From positions 21,067-85,066 of the forward strand of contig CAVZUR010000003.1 in assembly GCA_963778555.1 (NCBI GenBank): a DNA stretch of 64,000 nt. The letters run 5' to 3'. Every line of letters starts with the position of its first letter. The stretch's first letter is position 1. Of the stretch, positions 29,949 through 48,221 are shown piece by piece. A model generated the notes under the pieces. The model was not told the origin of the DNA. It did not search any database and saw only the letters and a program-made list of their open reading frames with translations. Made by a program: the position numbers and the translations under genes. The stretch comes from Candidatus Moraniibacteriota bacterium. GTDB taxonomy: Bacteria > Patescibacteriota > Minisyncoccia > Moranbacterales > UBA1568.

Positions 29949-32552
29949 TCAGCAGACCGGGGCGATAGGACAGTTCGCAGCATCTAGGATGCAGGAGAAT
30001 GTTCCGCCGAGTGGATCGCGCGTGAATACCCCTGTACAGGCACCCACCGACCACGAGCCGCCATTTGTTAGTGTTTTTGTTCCGGCCGGACAAGCGAAGG
30101 TGCTCACTGGAGATGAGGCGTTCAATCGGTACTGGATCGACCCCGCACAGCCCAAGTCGCACGGTCCAGCTGGTGCCAGAGGCGGGCAGACTGGCGGTGC
30201 TATATTGTTCGCTGGTGGTGTTATTGGGGTCGCGATACCTGATGTTCCACTGTAGGGGTTACCCGGGACCGTCGAGGTTGAGGTGAGGAAATAGTTATGC
30301 AGCGATCCGGCCGCAAGACCGGTGTGTGAGAATGCCGACGAAGTGCCGGTATAAATCACTGTCGCTCCGTCTCTCAAAGTATAAGTCTGACTAGCGATAC
30401 CGTCCCAATAGACAGCGATCGTACCAGTCCCGCAGGCTCCGGGGATAGCATTCAGATTTGCTGGAATCGGCGGAGGAGGAACAAAACAGGCAGCCGGGGC
30501 AAGAGTGACCAACGGTGCGGTCGCAACCGTCGGCGAGTCACCAGCATACGGAGGTCCAGTAGCAGTTGAGTACAGAGTGTAGTTATGAGTCGATCCTGTG
30601 AGAAGGCCCGTGTGTGTATACGATATCCCAGGACCAACCTGGTTGATGATATTACTAATGCCATTTACAGTATCTATCAGGGTGTAGTTTTGGCTAGGCG
30701 GCACCAGGCCATTCCAAGAGATAGAAATCTCGCCAGTCCCGCAGGTAGATGGCGTCGCGGTCAAACCCGTCGGAGCCGGTGGATTAGCCACTCCCGAGAC
30801 GGAGAGCGATAGCGACCGTGCTGAGGGTCCGCGATAATCACGAATCGGAGGAGTCGGAAGACCGTCAGTACTGCCAAGAGTCGATGTAATTATAAGCGTA
30901 AACGGCTGTCCGGGCGTATTCGGAGCCAACAGAGTCGGGTCGGAGAGAGTGAGGCGGAAGCCCACCATGGACAGAGCTGGCTCGGATAACTATCCGAAAC
31001 CAAGTCGCCGGTCAAGGGACTGTTTACCCCGAGATAATTCCTGGTCTGCATCCGTACATCAGGAGCCAACGGTTCATCTTGGGGATTCGTACTTGAGAGT
31101 TTGAGATCCACCGTAATCGGTGCGTTAGGTGCAAAAACAGTATTAGGAATGGAATAGAAAAAATTGATATTCGAATTCAGGACTGTCTGCGACTCCCGTG
31201 CAGATGGCGCCATCACAATAGAGAACAAAATCAATCGAATCAACCACACCTGCCGCCCGAGCAGCCTCACTCCCGCTGCCGAACAAAGTCGCTGCGACCA
31301 AAAGAAAGAGTATGGGGAAGAAGTGTGTCCGGCGGGAACGCCAGAAGAAATACCCCGCGATGGAAAGGCCAAGGAACATCGTGAGTACGAGTCCAATAAC
31401 TTTTCCTGTAGAGAACATGCTCCGGGCGATGACTTCCGGCTTCGGAGTGTGCGATTCCAGGACCCGCGTAGCGCGGTCGAGTTCCACCCCCTCAGCTGAG
31501 AGTGTGGCCGTGATGAGCGGCTGCGAGCAATCACTTGTTTGGATGAATTCACCAGTGAACTGACGAGCGGATGCGCTCACGGGCAAGGTCAACGCTGTCG
31601 CACAAGCCCGGCCTTCGGAAGTGAGCGTGAGGGAGAGAGAATAATTTCCCGCAGCATAGGTATCCACGAGAGCCGAGACGGGAACAATAGTCTTACCTCC
31701 CCTGATCTCTGGCTTGGTTTCGGCAATACCCGAAATCTGTCCGCCCCGGCCCTGGACCGTGACGAGCGTCGTCGCTGGCAAGCCAAGCGGGGAACCGCGT
31801 TCATCCACCGCCGTGACAGTGAGACGGTATAGCCCTGTCGGTAACGCCTCAGTGAGAAGGAGATTCACTTCCTTCCCGGTAGAATTCAGGGTGATTTCTG
31901 TTGTTGCTATCTCTTTGGCTATCCCGTATTGGGAGGGTATAAGCGCAGCACGGAGAGTAGCTGATTGCGTGCCTTGGCCGCTCCAACTCCCCTGGCAGAC
32001 GATATTCGCTTCCGCCGTGGCAGCTTGCTCGATGTCAATCGTTTGATCGAAGGGCCGATCCGCAAGGGTGCACCGTTCCAGCATCGCTCGCTCCTTGGCC
32101 GTCAGAGTCATCTCCGCTACTGATTGCATCCCAGCCAGCTTCCCCTTCATAGTATTGGCACCCATGCGCACGGAGTAGGTCCCGGACAAGAAACTCGGAA
32201 TCGGAACGCTGAATTGCACCGGCCGCGCTTCATCGCCGGCAAGCGTGTACGCTGCTGAAAGATGAGCCGTATACAAACGGTCTTTGGCCAGACTCTTTTG
32301 ATCAATGAAGTCGACGCCGAGAGAGAATGTTTCTTCGACAGGGGAAGTATTTTTGAGCGTGACAGCGACAAACAAATCCTTGCCGTCGGGCTGGAACGTC
32401 GTTAGTCCCGAAAATTCAAGTGCTGCGGCTGGAGCATAATTCGGAATCGCCGGCGGCGAATCGCCTGCCGCCTGAACAGACGAAGACAATGCAACCAAAA
32501 CGCCGGTGATGAGAGCGAGGAATGCGCCGATAGGTAGGAAGAACCGGGGCAT
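29949..32552 (-). CDS. large surface protein with Ig-like/FnIII-like repeats, probably one gene with frameshifts near 31185 and 30975
   Basis: Signal peptide, beta-rich domains, TM, second signal-like segment. Overlapping frames 31143-32570, 30890-31552 and 29949-30968 read on continuously. Two FnIII-like repeats (P.GL.A.P..CGTG.I...W.G...Y.L...HTGL..GS.HNY). Confidence 0.75.
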
Positions 32553-32686
32553 AGATGAGAGTCGAAGCAAAGCGGTTTATTTTTATCGCAACGAGAGGAG
32601 AAACGATATCGCTACGCCTCCTTTTTTCATATTGTACACTGGAAACCAAAAAAATAGTAGCTGGGCTTCTCTCGGTCCGCTCAATG

Positions 32687-33967
32687 TTAGAACAGTTTTT
32701 TGTAATTGTCCGCCCAATAGAGGACCCCATTGATGTACGGGGCATAGCTCGTACCGAGATAGGAAGCCGCAGCTTTTTTCCACGCACTTCTATTCCCGCT
32801 CGTCACGCCCGGCGTCTTCGAAAGCTTGATGGCCATCGCCATGACGCCATCCGTCAGATTCCACGGATCGGGCGGACTATGCCCAGTCTTAGCCGCCACC
32901 TGCGACTTATAGCCCATCCAGGTATCAGGCATGAACTGGGCCACCCCCATTGCTCCGCCCGTTCCGGTATAACCGCTCGGGTTGCAGGAGACCTTCTTCT
33001 TCTTATAATCATAGCCGAGCTCCTTCGTGATGGATTTAAAGATTTCGCGGCGACGCTGAAAGGTCGCCCAGGAAGTTTTCGAGAGCTTGCCGGATTTATA
33101 GCGCGACTCGGCTCCCTTCTCGACTTCCGCATACGTGCAGCCACCGACATTCTTGCCAAGATTCGTCTCCATCTTCAGCATCCCCATGAGAAAACCTTTC
33201 GGCACACCTGATTTACTACTCGCGAAATTGACCGCCTCTTTGATATCGCCCGCATCATACGATCCACCGATCAGGGCATTCAAGTCGCTCTGCAATTCGT
33301 TCAACTCTTTACTGAGGCGACTAACCGTCTTAGCGACATCCTCAACATCTTCGATCGTCTCTTGCTGGTCGGAGATAAGCGCGCTCTTTTCGATTGCTTT
33401 CTTCTGAAGCAGGGTCTCGTGATCCTCTTTTGCGTCCTCGAGGGACAGTCGCTCCGACTCCGTGTCTGCTCGGGTGAGCGCCAATGACTCAAGGATGGAG
33501 GCTATTTTTTCTTCTACCGTGAGGAGCTTATCAGGATTATTCACGACTTCAGTGAAACGCTCCTCAGCGACGAGAATGCGCGGCAGCGGCCACTCGCCCT
33601 GGTAATACAGTTCGCGCATGAGTCCGGCGATAAACTCTTTTTTCTCCCTGATCTGTTCTTCGAGCAGCGCGATTTCCGCCTCCTTGCGTTCAATCGTATT
33701 CTCAGCCTGCTTAATCTTGATCTGTGTTTCGGCGATAGCGCGCTGTGTCGAAGACAGTGAAGCATTGATGCCGGCTAATTCCGATTCCAATGCCTTTTTC
33801 TTCGCTTCAGCCTGCTTCAACTTTTTTTCAATATCTGAAATATCGTCCTTGATTGCGTCCGGGTCGTCCGCCGCAACAACCGGCGCAACGACACCCGTGA
33901 CGCCTGCTAGCACGCAGAACGAAAAAGCACAGAATACGGAATGGAGACGTTTTATTTTTATGCCCAT
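32687..33967 (-). CDS. secreted coiled-coil protein with C-terminal lytic transglycosylase-like domain
   Basis: Signal peptide, long heptad region, then METNLG, GAMGVAQFMPDTW, DPWN. Confidence 0.85.
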   Translation of the reverse strand: MGIKIKRLHSVFCAFSFCVLAGVTGVVAPVVAADDPDAIKDDISDIEKKLKQAEAKKKALESELAGINASLSSTQRAIAETQIKIKQAENTIERKEAEIALLEEQIREKKEFIAGLMRELYYQGEWPLPRILVAEERFTEVVNNPDKLLTVEEKIASILESLALTRADTESERLSLEDAKEDHETLLQKKAIEKSALISDQQETIEDVEDVAKTVSRLSKELNELQSDLNALIGGSYDAGDIKEAVNFASSKSGVPKGFLMGMLKMETNLGKNVGGCTYAEVEKGAESRYKSGKLSKTSWATFQRRREIFKSITKELGYDYKKKKVSCNPSGYTGTGGAMGVAQFMPDTWMGYKSQVAAKTGHSPPDPWNLTDGVMAMAIKLSKTPGVTSGNRSAWKKAAASYLGTSYAPYINGVLYWADNYKKLF

Positions 33968-33989
33968 AAAGCTTATTATACCGCATATG

Positions 33990-34015
33990 AAAAAAGGCTC
34001 GTCTGAGCCTTTTTT
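33990..34015. terminator. bidirectional-type terminator after recA
   Basis: AAAAAAGGCTC-GTCT-GAGCCTTTTTT. Confidence 0.75.
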
Positions 34016-34032
34016 CGATGAAGTCACTGCAG

Positions 34033-35052
34033 CTATTGTGCCGCTTCCACTTCTCTAACTTTCTTCCACACCGCTTTTTCGATTTCTTGGCCTACCTTCG
34101 GGTTCGCCTTGATGAACGCCCGCGCTTGCTCACGGCCGACGCCGATCTTCACTTCTCCGAAACTGTGAGTGTTCCCCTGTTTCTTGATAATTTCGTATTT
34201 CACGCCCGTATCCAGCACATCATCGCTCCACGATATGCCTTCGTTATACATGATGAAAAATGACGTCGTGCGGAAAGGCGGCGCGACCTTGTTCTTCACG
34301 ACCTTCACGTTCACCTGATTGCCGACCACTTCTTCACCCTTCTTCACCTGCGCGCTCCGACGCACTTCGACTCGGACCGAGGAATAGAATTTCAGCGCAT
34401 TGCCGCCCGTCGTCGTCTCGGGATTACCGAACATGACGCCGATCTTCATACGCAGCTGATTGATGAAGATTACAGTGACGTTGGAACGAGAGATGATAGC
34501 GGTCAGCTTGCGGAGCGCCTGACTCATCAGCCGGGCCTGGCGGCCGACATGCTGATCACCCATCTCGCCCTCGATTTCCGCCCGTGGAACGAGTGCTGCG
34601 ACCGAATCGATGACGATGACATCTACGGCATTGGAACGAACGAGTGTTTCAACGATATCCAGCGCCTGCTCGCCAGAATCCGGCTGCGAGATGAGAAGTT
34701 CGTTCACGTTCACACCGATGCGTTTCGCATATTCCGGGTCGAGCGCATGTTCCGCATCGATGAAAGCTGCGACACCGCCCGCTTTCTGGGCGTTGGCGAT
34801 TGTATGCAATGTCAACGTCGTCTTGCCGGATGATTCCGGACCATAGACCTCAACGATACGGCCACGCGGCATCCCTCCGATACCCAGCGCGATATCGAGC
34901 GAGAGCGATCCGGTCGGTATAGCCTCAATGTCAACCTTGCGAACATCGCCCAGCTTCATGATCATGCCCTCGCCGAATTTCCCCTTGATCTCATCGACAA
35001 CGGCGTCGACGCTCTTCCGCACACTCTTCTCCGCTGTTTTTTCCTTGGCCAT
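34033..35052 (-). CDS. recA: recombinase RecA
   Basis: [34 protein letters not shown]. Confidence 0.99.
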   Translation of the reverse strand: MAKEKTAEKSVRKSVDAVVDEIKGKFGEGMIMKLGDVRKVDIEAIPTGSLSLDIALGIGGMPRGRIVEVYGPESSGKTTLTLHTIANAQKAGGVAAFIDAEHALDPEYAKRIGVNVNELLISQPDSGEQALDIVETLVRSNAVDVIVIDSVAALVPRAEIEGEMGDQHVGRQARLMSQALRKLTAIISRSNVTVIFINQLRMKIGVMFGNPETTTGGNALKFYSSVRVEVRRSAQVKKGEEVVGNQVNVKVVKNKVAPPFRTTSFFIMYNEGISWSDDVLDTGVKYEIIKKQGNTHSFGEVKIGVGREQARAFIKANPKVGQEIEKAVWKKVREVEAAQ

Positions 35053-35063
35053 ACGGCGTATGA

Positions 35064-36062
35064 TTATGGATTATTGCTTCTCTGGGATGGTTTATTTTCA
35101 GCCGAATAAATTTTTCCACTGACAGCTGCTTCTTCGTTGCCGACGAGTTCCGCTGGGCCACCATCGATGCTGACCGACGTGTGTAGCGCATCGCTGGTGG
35201 AAAGACGGACAGTGTCGGTGAGGCCAGAAAACTTTTCCTCTTTCCCCGACAAGAGCGTCCCGCTATAGAGCACTGTCTCGCCGCTCACGACCGTGATATC
35301 CACTGTACGTCCGGCCGCGCTGATCAGAACCGCGAATCCACCGGGGGATGGTATGCCTCCCGGCCGCTCCGGCACAACTCCAGAAATTGATCGGCTTTCG
35401 ATCGCGACCGTTTCTTCCTTCGTCTTGTCGAACCGATTAGTCGCTCTGACGGTGATGCGATTCAGTCCCGGCTGAAGCACGAGCTGCTCCTCGAAACTGC
35501 CATCGCTGCTGATAAACACTGGATCGCCGTTCAGGGTGACACTCGCACCAGGATCCGTCTTGCCGCGAAGAAGCGTCTCGGCCCCGTCTATTGTAGCACC
35601 CGCGGGCGGGTCGAGAATGGCAAGCCGTGGTTCTGCTACGAAGCTCCGGAATTCGGAGAAGAGATAGAGAAACGTCCCGCCCAGAATGAACGCCAGAAGC
35701 ACAATAATCGCAGTCCGCGGAGTAACAATCCAGGTATTCAGGACCGGATACCGGATTCGCTCCGGCACAGCCTGTTCTCGGCCGAGATTCTCTCGGATAT
35801 TCCGTTCCTTATCGTAAAGCTTGAGGAACGCATCATCATCCAGTCCTAAATGTCGCGCGTAACTCTTGAGAAACCCTCGGACGTAGACTTCTGCCGGAAG
35901 TTTTCCATACTCGCCATTCTCAAGATACTCTAGATATTTCGCCTGAATCCGAGTCGCCTTGGCAATCTCAGCATAGCTCATGCGGTATTGCTGCCGGAGC
36001 TTTTTCAATTTTTCACCCAGAGTGAGCGATTCGACCTTCTTTCTGACAAATCCATCGGGCAT
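35064..36062 (-). CDS. RodZ-like HTH-TM protein with Ig-like extracellular domain
   Basis: LGEKLKKLR...YLEYLENG...[10 protein letters not shown]; TM; lies between ftsK and recA. Confidence 0.85.
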   Translation of the reverse strand: MPDGFVRKKVESLTLGEKLKKLRQQYRMSYAEIAKATRIQAKYLEYLENGEYGKLPAEVYVRGFLKSYARHLGLDDDAFLKLYDKERNIRENLGREQAVPERIRYPVLNTWIVTPRTAIIVLLAFILGGTFLYLFSEFRSFVAEPRLAILDPPAGATIDGAETLLRGKTDPGASVTLNGDPVFISSDGSFEEQLVLQPGLNRITVRATNRFDKTKEETVAIESRSISGVVPERPGGIPSPGGFAVLISAAGRTVDITVVSGETVLYSGTLLSGKEEKFSGLTDTVRLSTSDALHTSVSIDGGPAELVGNEEAAVSGKIYSAENKPSQRSNNP

Positions 36063-36171
36063 AGGTATGAGAGAAGCACAAATAGAGGGCCAGGATACGA
36101 TACCGGTGGCAAAAGGTCAAACAGGAGCGCGATCGGCTGGATCGGCGCCACTCCCGATTATCTGATCCGCA

Positions 36172-38539
36172 CTACATCTGCCACTTGTCGCGAGCTGATT
36201 GATCCGCGAGCGGATCATCACCGTACTGCTTCCCTTCTTCAAGGGTCTTTTGGAGAACCTCGCGTTTTTTGTTCACCTCGGGTCCGACCACACCGCGCTG
36301 CTCCAAGGTCTGCATCACGCGCGCCGCTTTGGGATAGCCTATTTTGAGAAATGTCTGGAGGTATGTCGTCGATGCCCGCTGCGTTTCCACAACAAGCTTC
36401 TTGGCCGCTTCATAAATCGGATCATGCTCGTCCTCGTCGGAGCTGACACCGTCCAGATCAATCACATTCTCTTCGCCGCCGAAATCATCGCCAATCTCGT
36501 CCATCCCCTTCTCGATTTTCTGTCGCTCAAGGAAACGGACGACCTTGCCGACCTCATCTTCGGAAACGAACACCCCCTGGATGCGCTGAAGATTCGATGT
36601 TTCCGCCGAAGAATACAGCATATCGCCATTCCCCAAGAGCTTCTCCGCGCCACCGGTATCGAGAATGGTCCGTGAATCAACGTTGGACTTCAGCTTGAAA
36701 GAAATGCGTGCCGGCATGTTCGCTTTGATGAGACCCGTGACGACATTTACCTCGGGACGTTGGGTTGCGAGTACGAGATGAATACCAGCTGCACGACCCT
36801 TCTGAGCCAGCAGGATAATCTTGGCCTCTACTTCCTTGCCATGCGCCACCATGAGATCGGCCATCTCATCGATAACGATGACGACCTGGGGCATCGGAAG
36901 CAGCTCTTCCTCGCGGACTTCGCTCGTTTCAGCATCAACAACGCGTTTCTTCTCGCCCCTCGCGAGCTTTTCCCGATATGAAGTAATATCGCGCGACCCG
37001 ATCGCTTCAAGCGACTTGTACCGCCGCTCCATTTCTCCGACCGCCCATTTCAAAGCATTCACCGACTTTGTGATTATCGACGATAACATCCGTCTTCAGG
37101 TGCGGAATCCCTTTATAGAGCGAGAGTTCGACGCGCTTCGGGTCGACAAAGATGAACTTGAGATCCTCGGGAGAATTCTGATACAGGAGAGAGAGGATGA
37201 GCGTGTTGATGCACACGCTCTTGCCCGACCGAGTCGTCCCCGCAATCAGAAGATGCGGCATCCGACCGAGGTCGGCGTAGATCGGACGGCCAGACACATC
37301 TTGGCCAAGAACGATCGTCAGATCGGATTGCCGCTCGCGAAATTCCTTTGATTGGAGGAATTCTCGGAGCCGAACATTCACTTTCGCTTTGTTCGGCACT
37401 TCGATACCGATGAGCGACTTGCCGGGAATCGGTGCTTCAATCCGGATATGCTGCGCGGCGAGGGCGAGGGCAAGATCATTGTAGAGCGGTGTGATGCTCG
37501 AAATCTTCACACCAACCGCCGGTCGGAATGTATACTGCGTCACGGTCGGACCGACTTGGACTTCGCCCGGCTCAACGTCGATATGAAAATGCTTCAGGGT
37601 ACGGATAATGATATCTTTGTTCTGCTCGATATCGCCACCCCCACCTTTCGCATCGGAGGCTGCCAAGAGTTCTAGCGGCGGGAGTTCCCACTGCACGCGC
37701 CGCCGTCGCGGTCGGATGAAAGCGGGAACGAGTACGGTTTCATCGTCGCTTCCTTCGGCGACTGGCGCGGTCTCGATCTTCGTTTCCTCAGCACCGGCAA
37801 AGCGGATATTCTGGATATTTTCTTCATGTGGCACCGGCTCCGCGGCGGGAGTCTTCCCATCCGACGGCGTGACTGATTCCACCAGCGGAACCGCCTCGAG
37901 TGCGGTTGAAAGCGAAAGTGCCGGATCAGATACAAGCGGCGCAGCGCCCTCCGCGACGGCATCCGTCGACCCGATTGATTCTTCAGGTCGGAAACGGACA
38001 ATGAGCGCTTCGAACCAGTGGAGCAGCGAGACATTGAAAGCCGCGATGACGCCCGAAACGAACAGCGTGAAGAGCACCACGAAGGCTGCAATCTTTCCCA
38101 TCACTCCATCGAGCAGACTGGAGAGAAGATAGCCGATGAACCCACCGCCCTCTCCGGCTTGTGCCACCGAGCGCAGCGCTTTGGCCGAATCCCCGAGAAA
38201 GAGATGTGACAGTCCCAGGAAAGAAAAGAAAGCGAACCCGAGCCCGGCATACTTGATCGTATCCGCAAGTGTTGTTTCATGGCGCCGGATGATGGTATAG
38301 CCGATGAGCGGGAGGAGCGGGAGAAGCAGCCACTTGCTCCAGCCGACAGAAAGCCCGACCGCCCGGTCCACCCAGCGGCCGAAAGATCCTGCTTGGTCGA
38401 TGAACGAAAGAAAGAAAAGAACAGCCAGCGCAAAGAGAAAAAGAGCCGCGATACCACGTTTGGCGTCGCTCCCGAGGGCTTTTTTCTTCTCTTTCTCGAG
38501 CGCCGCTTCGGCCGCTTCGATTTTCTTTTTCCGTCCCAT
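36172..38539 (-). CDS. ftsK: DNA translocase FtsK (frameshift near 37065)
   Basis: N-terminal TMs, IRIEAPIPGK, PHLLIAGTT.SGKS, DPKRVEL, IDEMADLM, HLVLATQRP, gamma domain. Confidence 0.96.
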
Positions 38540-38631
38540 ATGGGCTTCAGTATAGCAAATTTAAATTTCCCCCACCAAAACAAGGATGAACCTCAGTTAA
38601 GGGACATTCGATGAAAATCCAAAAAATTCGG

Positions 38632-38961
38632 CTACAGCGTGAACTCCCCCTGCCCACTCTCTTTGAGCCGCACGTTCTCAAGTTCTTTGAATCTTTGGGA
38701 AAAGGCCGTGCCCTTCAGGGCGAGATAGACTTGATACGCCTCATGAATGCCATTGAGTTGGGCCGTCGTACTGGAGAAAAAATCCTCAGCCAGTTTCCCT
38801 TGGTCAACTTTTGGCAATAGCGCGTGCAATTCATTGATGCCTATTTCCGCCTGGGCAGATACTTTCCCCGCGCCCATATCGATCACTCCCCAGGGAGAAT
38901 TCGCATCGGCATGTAAGGCCCGGAGCACCGTCGCGGCCCGATCAAAATTCTCATTCGGCAT
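38632..38961 (-). CDS. hypothetical protein
   Basis: AGGAG just before ATG; protein-like ORF between rpoC and ftsK. Confidence 0.55.
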   Translation of the reverse strand: MPNENFDRAATVLRALHADANSPWGVIDMGAGKVSAQAEIGINELHALLPKVDQGKLAEDFFSSTTAQLNGIHEAYQVYLALKGTAFSQRFKELENVRLKESGQGEFTL

Positions 38962-39018
38962 AGCTCCTAACGAAAACGGATTACCACGTTGATTGTATAC
39001 CAGAAGACGTTTTCTATA

Positions 39019-39042
39019 CAAAACACCCCGCGAATACGGGGC
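39019..39042 (-). terminator. rpoC terminator
   Basis: CCCCG-TATTCG-CGGGG-TGTTTT. Confidence 0.6.
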
Positions 39043-39074
39043 ATCTTGCAGCCGGCTTTGAAGCGACCTAGAAC

Positions 39075-46138
<7,064 letters not shown>

Positions 46139-46267
46139 AGAAAAACACTCACGCCGCTCCGTCTTGTCCCTGGGAAGACAAGCCGGAAGTAGTGAGGATT
46201 ATGTTATTTACTTGTCCCGCCGGTCGAAAAATCGACTGTATGCATCACCCGAACTTTAAGCTAGTGA

Positions 46268-46317
46268 GGCCTATCGAAAAACCACTTTCTCCTTGAAAAA
46301 CAGTTTTTCGACAGACC
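46268..46317. repeat. palindromic element in the rpoB leader
   Basis: GGCCTATCGAAAAAC...GTTTTTCGACAGACC, imperfect 15-bp arms. Confidence 0.5.
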
Positions 46318-46356
46318 TGTTGCTAGAAATCGAAAACTTTCTCTCGAGTACTGATG

Positions 46357-46385
46357 AGTCTAGCAAGGCCCGTATTTCCTGTCAA
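46357..46385 (-). promoter_or_regulatory. rpoBC promoter candidate
   Basis: TTGACA-17-TAGACT with extended TG. Confidence 0.65.
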
Positions 46386-46409
46386 ATAGCGAATAAAAAC
46401 CCCGGGGCT

Positions 46410-46745
46410 CTATCTGAGTCTTGGGTCACTTTTTGATTCCTTTTTGTCTGTTTTTGCTTCACTCAACCTTGTGACGAGCTTCCTCACCGCCCAAGTATAT
46501 ACTTTCGCTACCGTTTCGGCAATTTTGACTGAAGTGAAGTTGTCCGAGACCTCAGTTTGGAGCTGGAAATCACCGATATCCCCAGGTTTCAAGCCATTTT
46601 CTGAGAGCAAGGCGTCAATCCCCTCAAAAAGTTGCCGCCCCATATCCCGGCTCTCCGCCCAGCTTTTTTCTGCCACTACTTTCCCGCCCAGTAGGAGAGC
46701 TAGCCGCGAGTCAGTTTTGGTGAGGGTAAGAAAAAACGAATGCAT
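46410..46745 (-). CDS. short TsaB-N-terminal-like protein
   Basis: LFEGIDALLSENGLKPGDI...FTSVKIAETVAK resembles the TsaB N-lobe. Confidence 0.6.
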   Translation of the reverse strand: MHSFFLTLTKTDSRLALLLGGKVVAEKSWAESRDMGRQLFEGIDALLSENGLKPGDIGDFQLQTEVSDNFTSVKIAETVAKVYTWAVRKLVTRLSEAKTDKKESKSDPRLR

Positions 46746-46811
46746 ATCGGTTACAATTTCACTATTTATGCCATCAGCATGTGATGCTCTAGATCAATAA
46801 CATTTTGAAAA

Positions 46812-47552
46812 TTACTTGAGCCTTTTCCAGTCGAATTTCCAGGGGTCGGATTTGCGGCCTGGGGCGATGTCGGCATGACCGACGACGGACTTAATCTGGT
46901 AACGACCTTTTATATCGGCGATGAGCGCATTCACTGCGGCATACTGTTGGTCCGTGAAGCCGCTTTCAAGTGTCGCGATGATTTCGATGCCGATGGAGAA
47001 ATCATTCACGTTTTTCCGGCCGTCGGGCATCTTGCTCGTCCCGGCATGATAGGCAATGTTCTGTTCCTCAACCAAGCGCATGATATTCCCGTTTCTATCG
47101 ATGAGATAGTGTGCCCCCACACCATACTGCTCGTACTCGCCAATCGTCTTGTCTACAGAGTATCGGTCGCCCTCACCGGCATTGTAGGAAGAATGCAAAA
47201 CGATCGTGTCGATGGTCCTCGGATTGATCGACGGCCGGAAACCGAAGCGAAGGATTCGCGACTGGATGGAAAGTCTACCTGTCGCACTCGGTTCCGGCGC
47301 CAGGGACACGCTCGGCGGAACGGGGACCGATTCTGCTGGTTGCGCTGCCGGTTCCGGCGCCAGAGTGACCGGAGTGTCCTGTGTGACGACTTCATTTTTT
47401 GTTTCCTGGTCTTTCGGAGTCGTAGCCTCGAACGGAAGCGCCGCATTTTCAAATGTGGTTTCATCCAGTGGGATATCCGACGTCATGCTATACCACAAGC
47501 CAGAGGCCGACACGGCGAGAAAGGAAACTAGGGCGATAAAAAGTCGAGCCAT
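46812..47552 (-). CDS. membrane-anchored N-acetylmuramoyl-L-alanine amidase (Amidase_2/AmpD-like)
   Basis: IVLHS, AHYLIDRNG, AYHAG, NDFSIGIEI, GHADIAPGRKSDP; N-terminal TM and Pro-rich linker. Confidence 0.92.
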   Translation of the reverse strand: MARLFIALVSFLAVSASGLWYSMTSDIPLDETTFENAALPFEATTPKDQETKNEVVTQDTPVTLAPEPAAQPAESVPVPPSVSLAPEPSATGRLSIQSRILRFGFRPSINPRTIDTIVLHSSYNAGEGDRYSVDKTIGEYEQYGVGAHYLIDRNGNIMRLVEEQNIAYHAGTSKMPDGRKNVNDFSIGIEIIATLESGFTDQQYAAVNALIADIKGRYQIKSVVGHADIAPGRKSDPWKFDWKRLK

Positions 47553-47599
47553 ACGTTTGTCTCGATTATACTCCTAAAGAATCGACCTGAATCGTGGCA

Positions 47600-47624
47600 G
47601 AAAAAACGGGGCTGCTGCCCCGTT
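47600..47624 (-). terminator. intrinsic terminator
   Basis: AACGGGGC-AGCA-GCCCCGTTTTTT. Confidence 0.7.
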
Positions 47625-47632
47625 AATCCATG

Positions 47633-47869
47633 TCATTTTCCCGATTTTCTCCTGAAGATGAGCGCTCCCGCAGCCCCCAGTGCGGCACCGAGCGAAAGAG
47701 TGATGGCCGCGGCCTGGCGCGGATGCTTCCGCAGATAGCGTTCGACGGCGCCGAGCGTATCAGCTAATCGGTCTTCAACTGCGGTAATTTCGCGGAGCGC
47801 GGAGCGCTTGGCGCGGTCCAGTTCCGTGTCTATCTGCGCTCCCCCGGACTGCCGCTTCACGTCAAACAT
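47633..47869 (-). CDS. ElaB/YqjD/DUF883-like tail-anchored protein
   Basis: ERYLRKHP..AAAI...GAALG..LIFRR. Confidence 0.75.
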   Translation of the reverse strand: MFDVKRQSGGAQIDTELDRAKRSALREITAVEDRLADTLGAVERYLRKHPRQAAAITLSLGAALGAAGALIFRRKSGK

Positions 47870-47878
47870 ACTTATCGT

Positions 47879-48217
47879 TCAATCAACTCGGCGCGAGAGA
47901 AGCAGCGCAAAGCCGGTCACGAGGAGAATCAAGAGACCCACGACGAGTTGTCCGACGCCAGGAATTCCCGCAATCTGAGTGATAACCTCGGCGGCGCCGG
48001 AAAAAAGGAACACGATACCGACACCCAGGAGGAGGAGCCCGAACAGACGCTGCACCGCCCGATTGATAACCGATTGGGCCCGGTCTTCAGCAATACTCGA
48101 GATTCGGTCGATGAAGCTTTCGACTGTGCCGAACATACGCTCGACGAAATACGGGATGAAGCTCCAGCGCTCGGGGCCACTCTCTTCTTTACTGATTTTT
48201 TTTGCGTTCTCGGTCAT
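47879..48217 (-). CDS. YqjE/holin-like 2-TM protein
   Basis: Amphipathic N-terminus and two TMs; adjacent to the DUF883-like gene. Confidence 0.6.
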   Translation of the reverse strand: MTENAKKISKEESGPERWSFIPYFVERMFGTVESFIDRISSIAEDRAQSVINRAVQRLFGLLLLGVGIVFLFSGAAEVITQIAGIPGVGQLVVGLLILLVTGFALLLSRRVD

Positions 48218-48221
48218 ACAA

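Noticed and set aside
37215-37245. Inactive FtsK because Walker A reads GTTRSGKS
   Set aside because: It still fits GxxxxGK[ST], and a single change in an error-prone consensus is not evidence.
47879-48217. Phage lysis cassette (holin-like gene near an amidase)
   Set aside because: The pair resembles housekeeping yqjD/yqjE-type genes, a terminator separates it from the amidase, and there are no phage genes.
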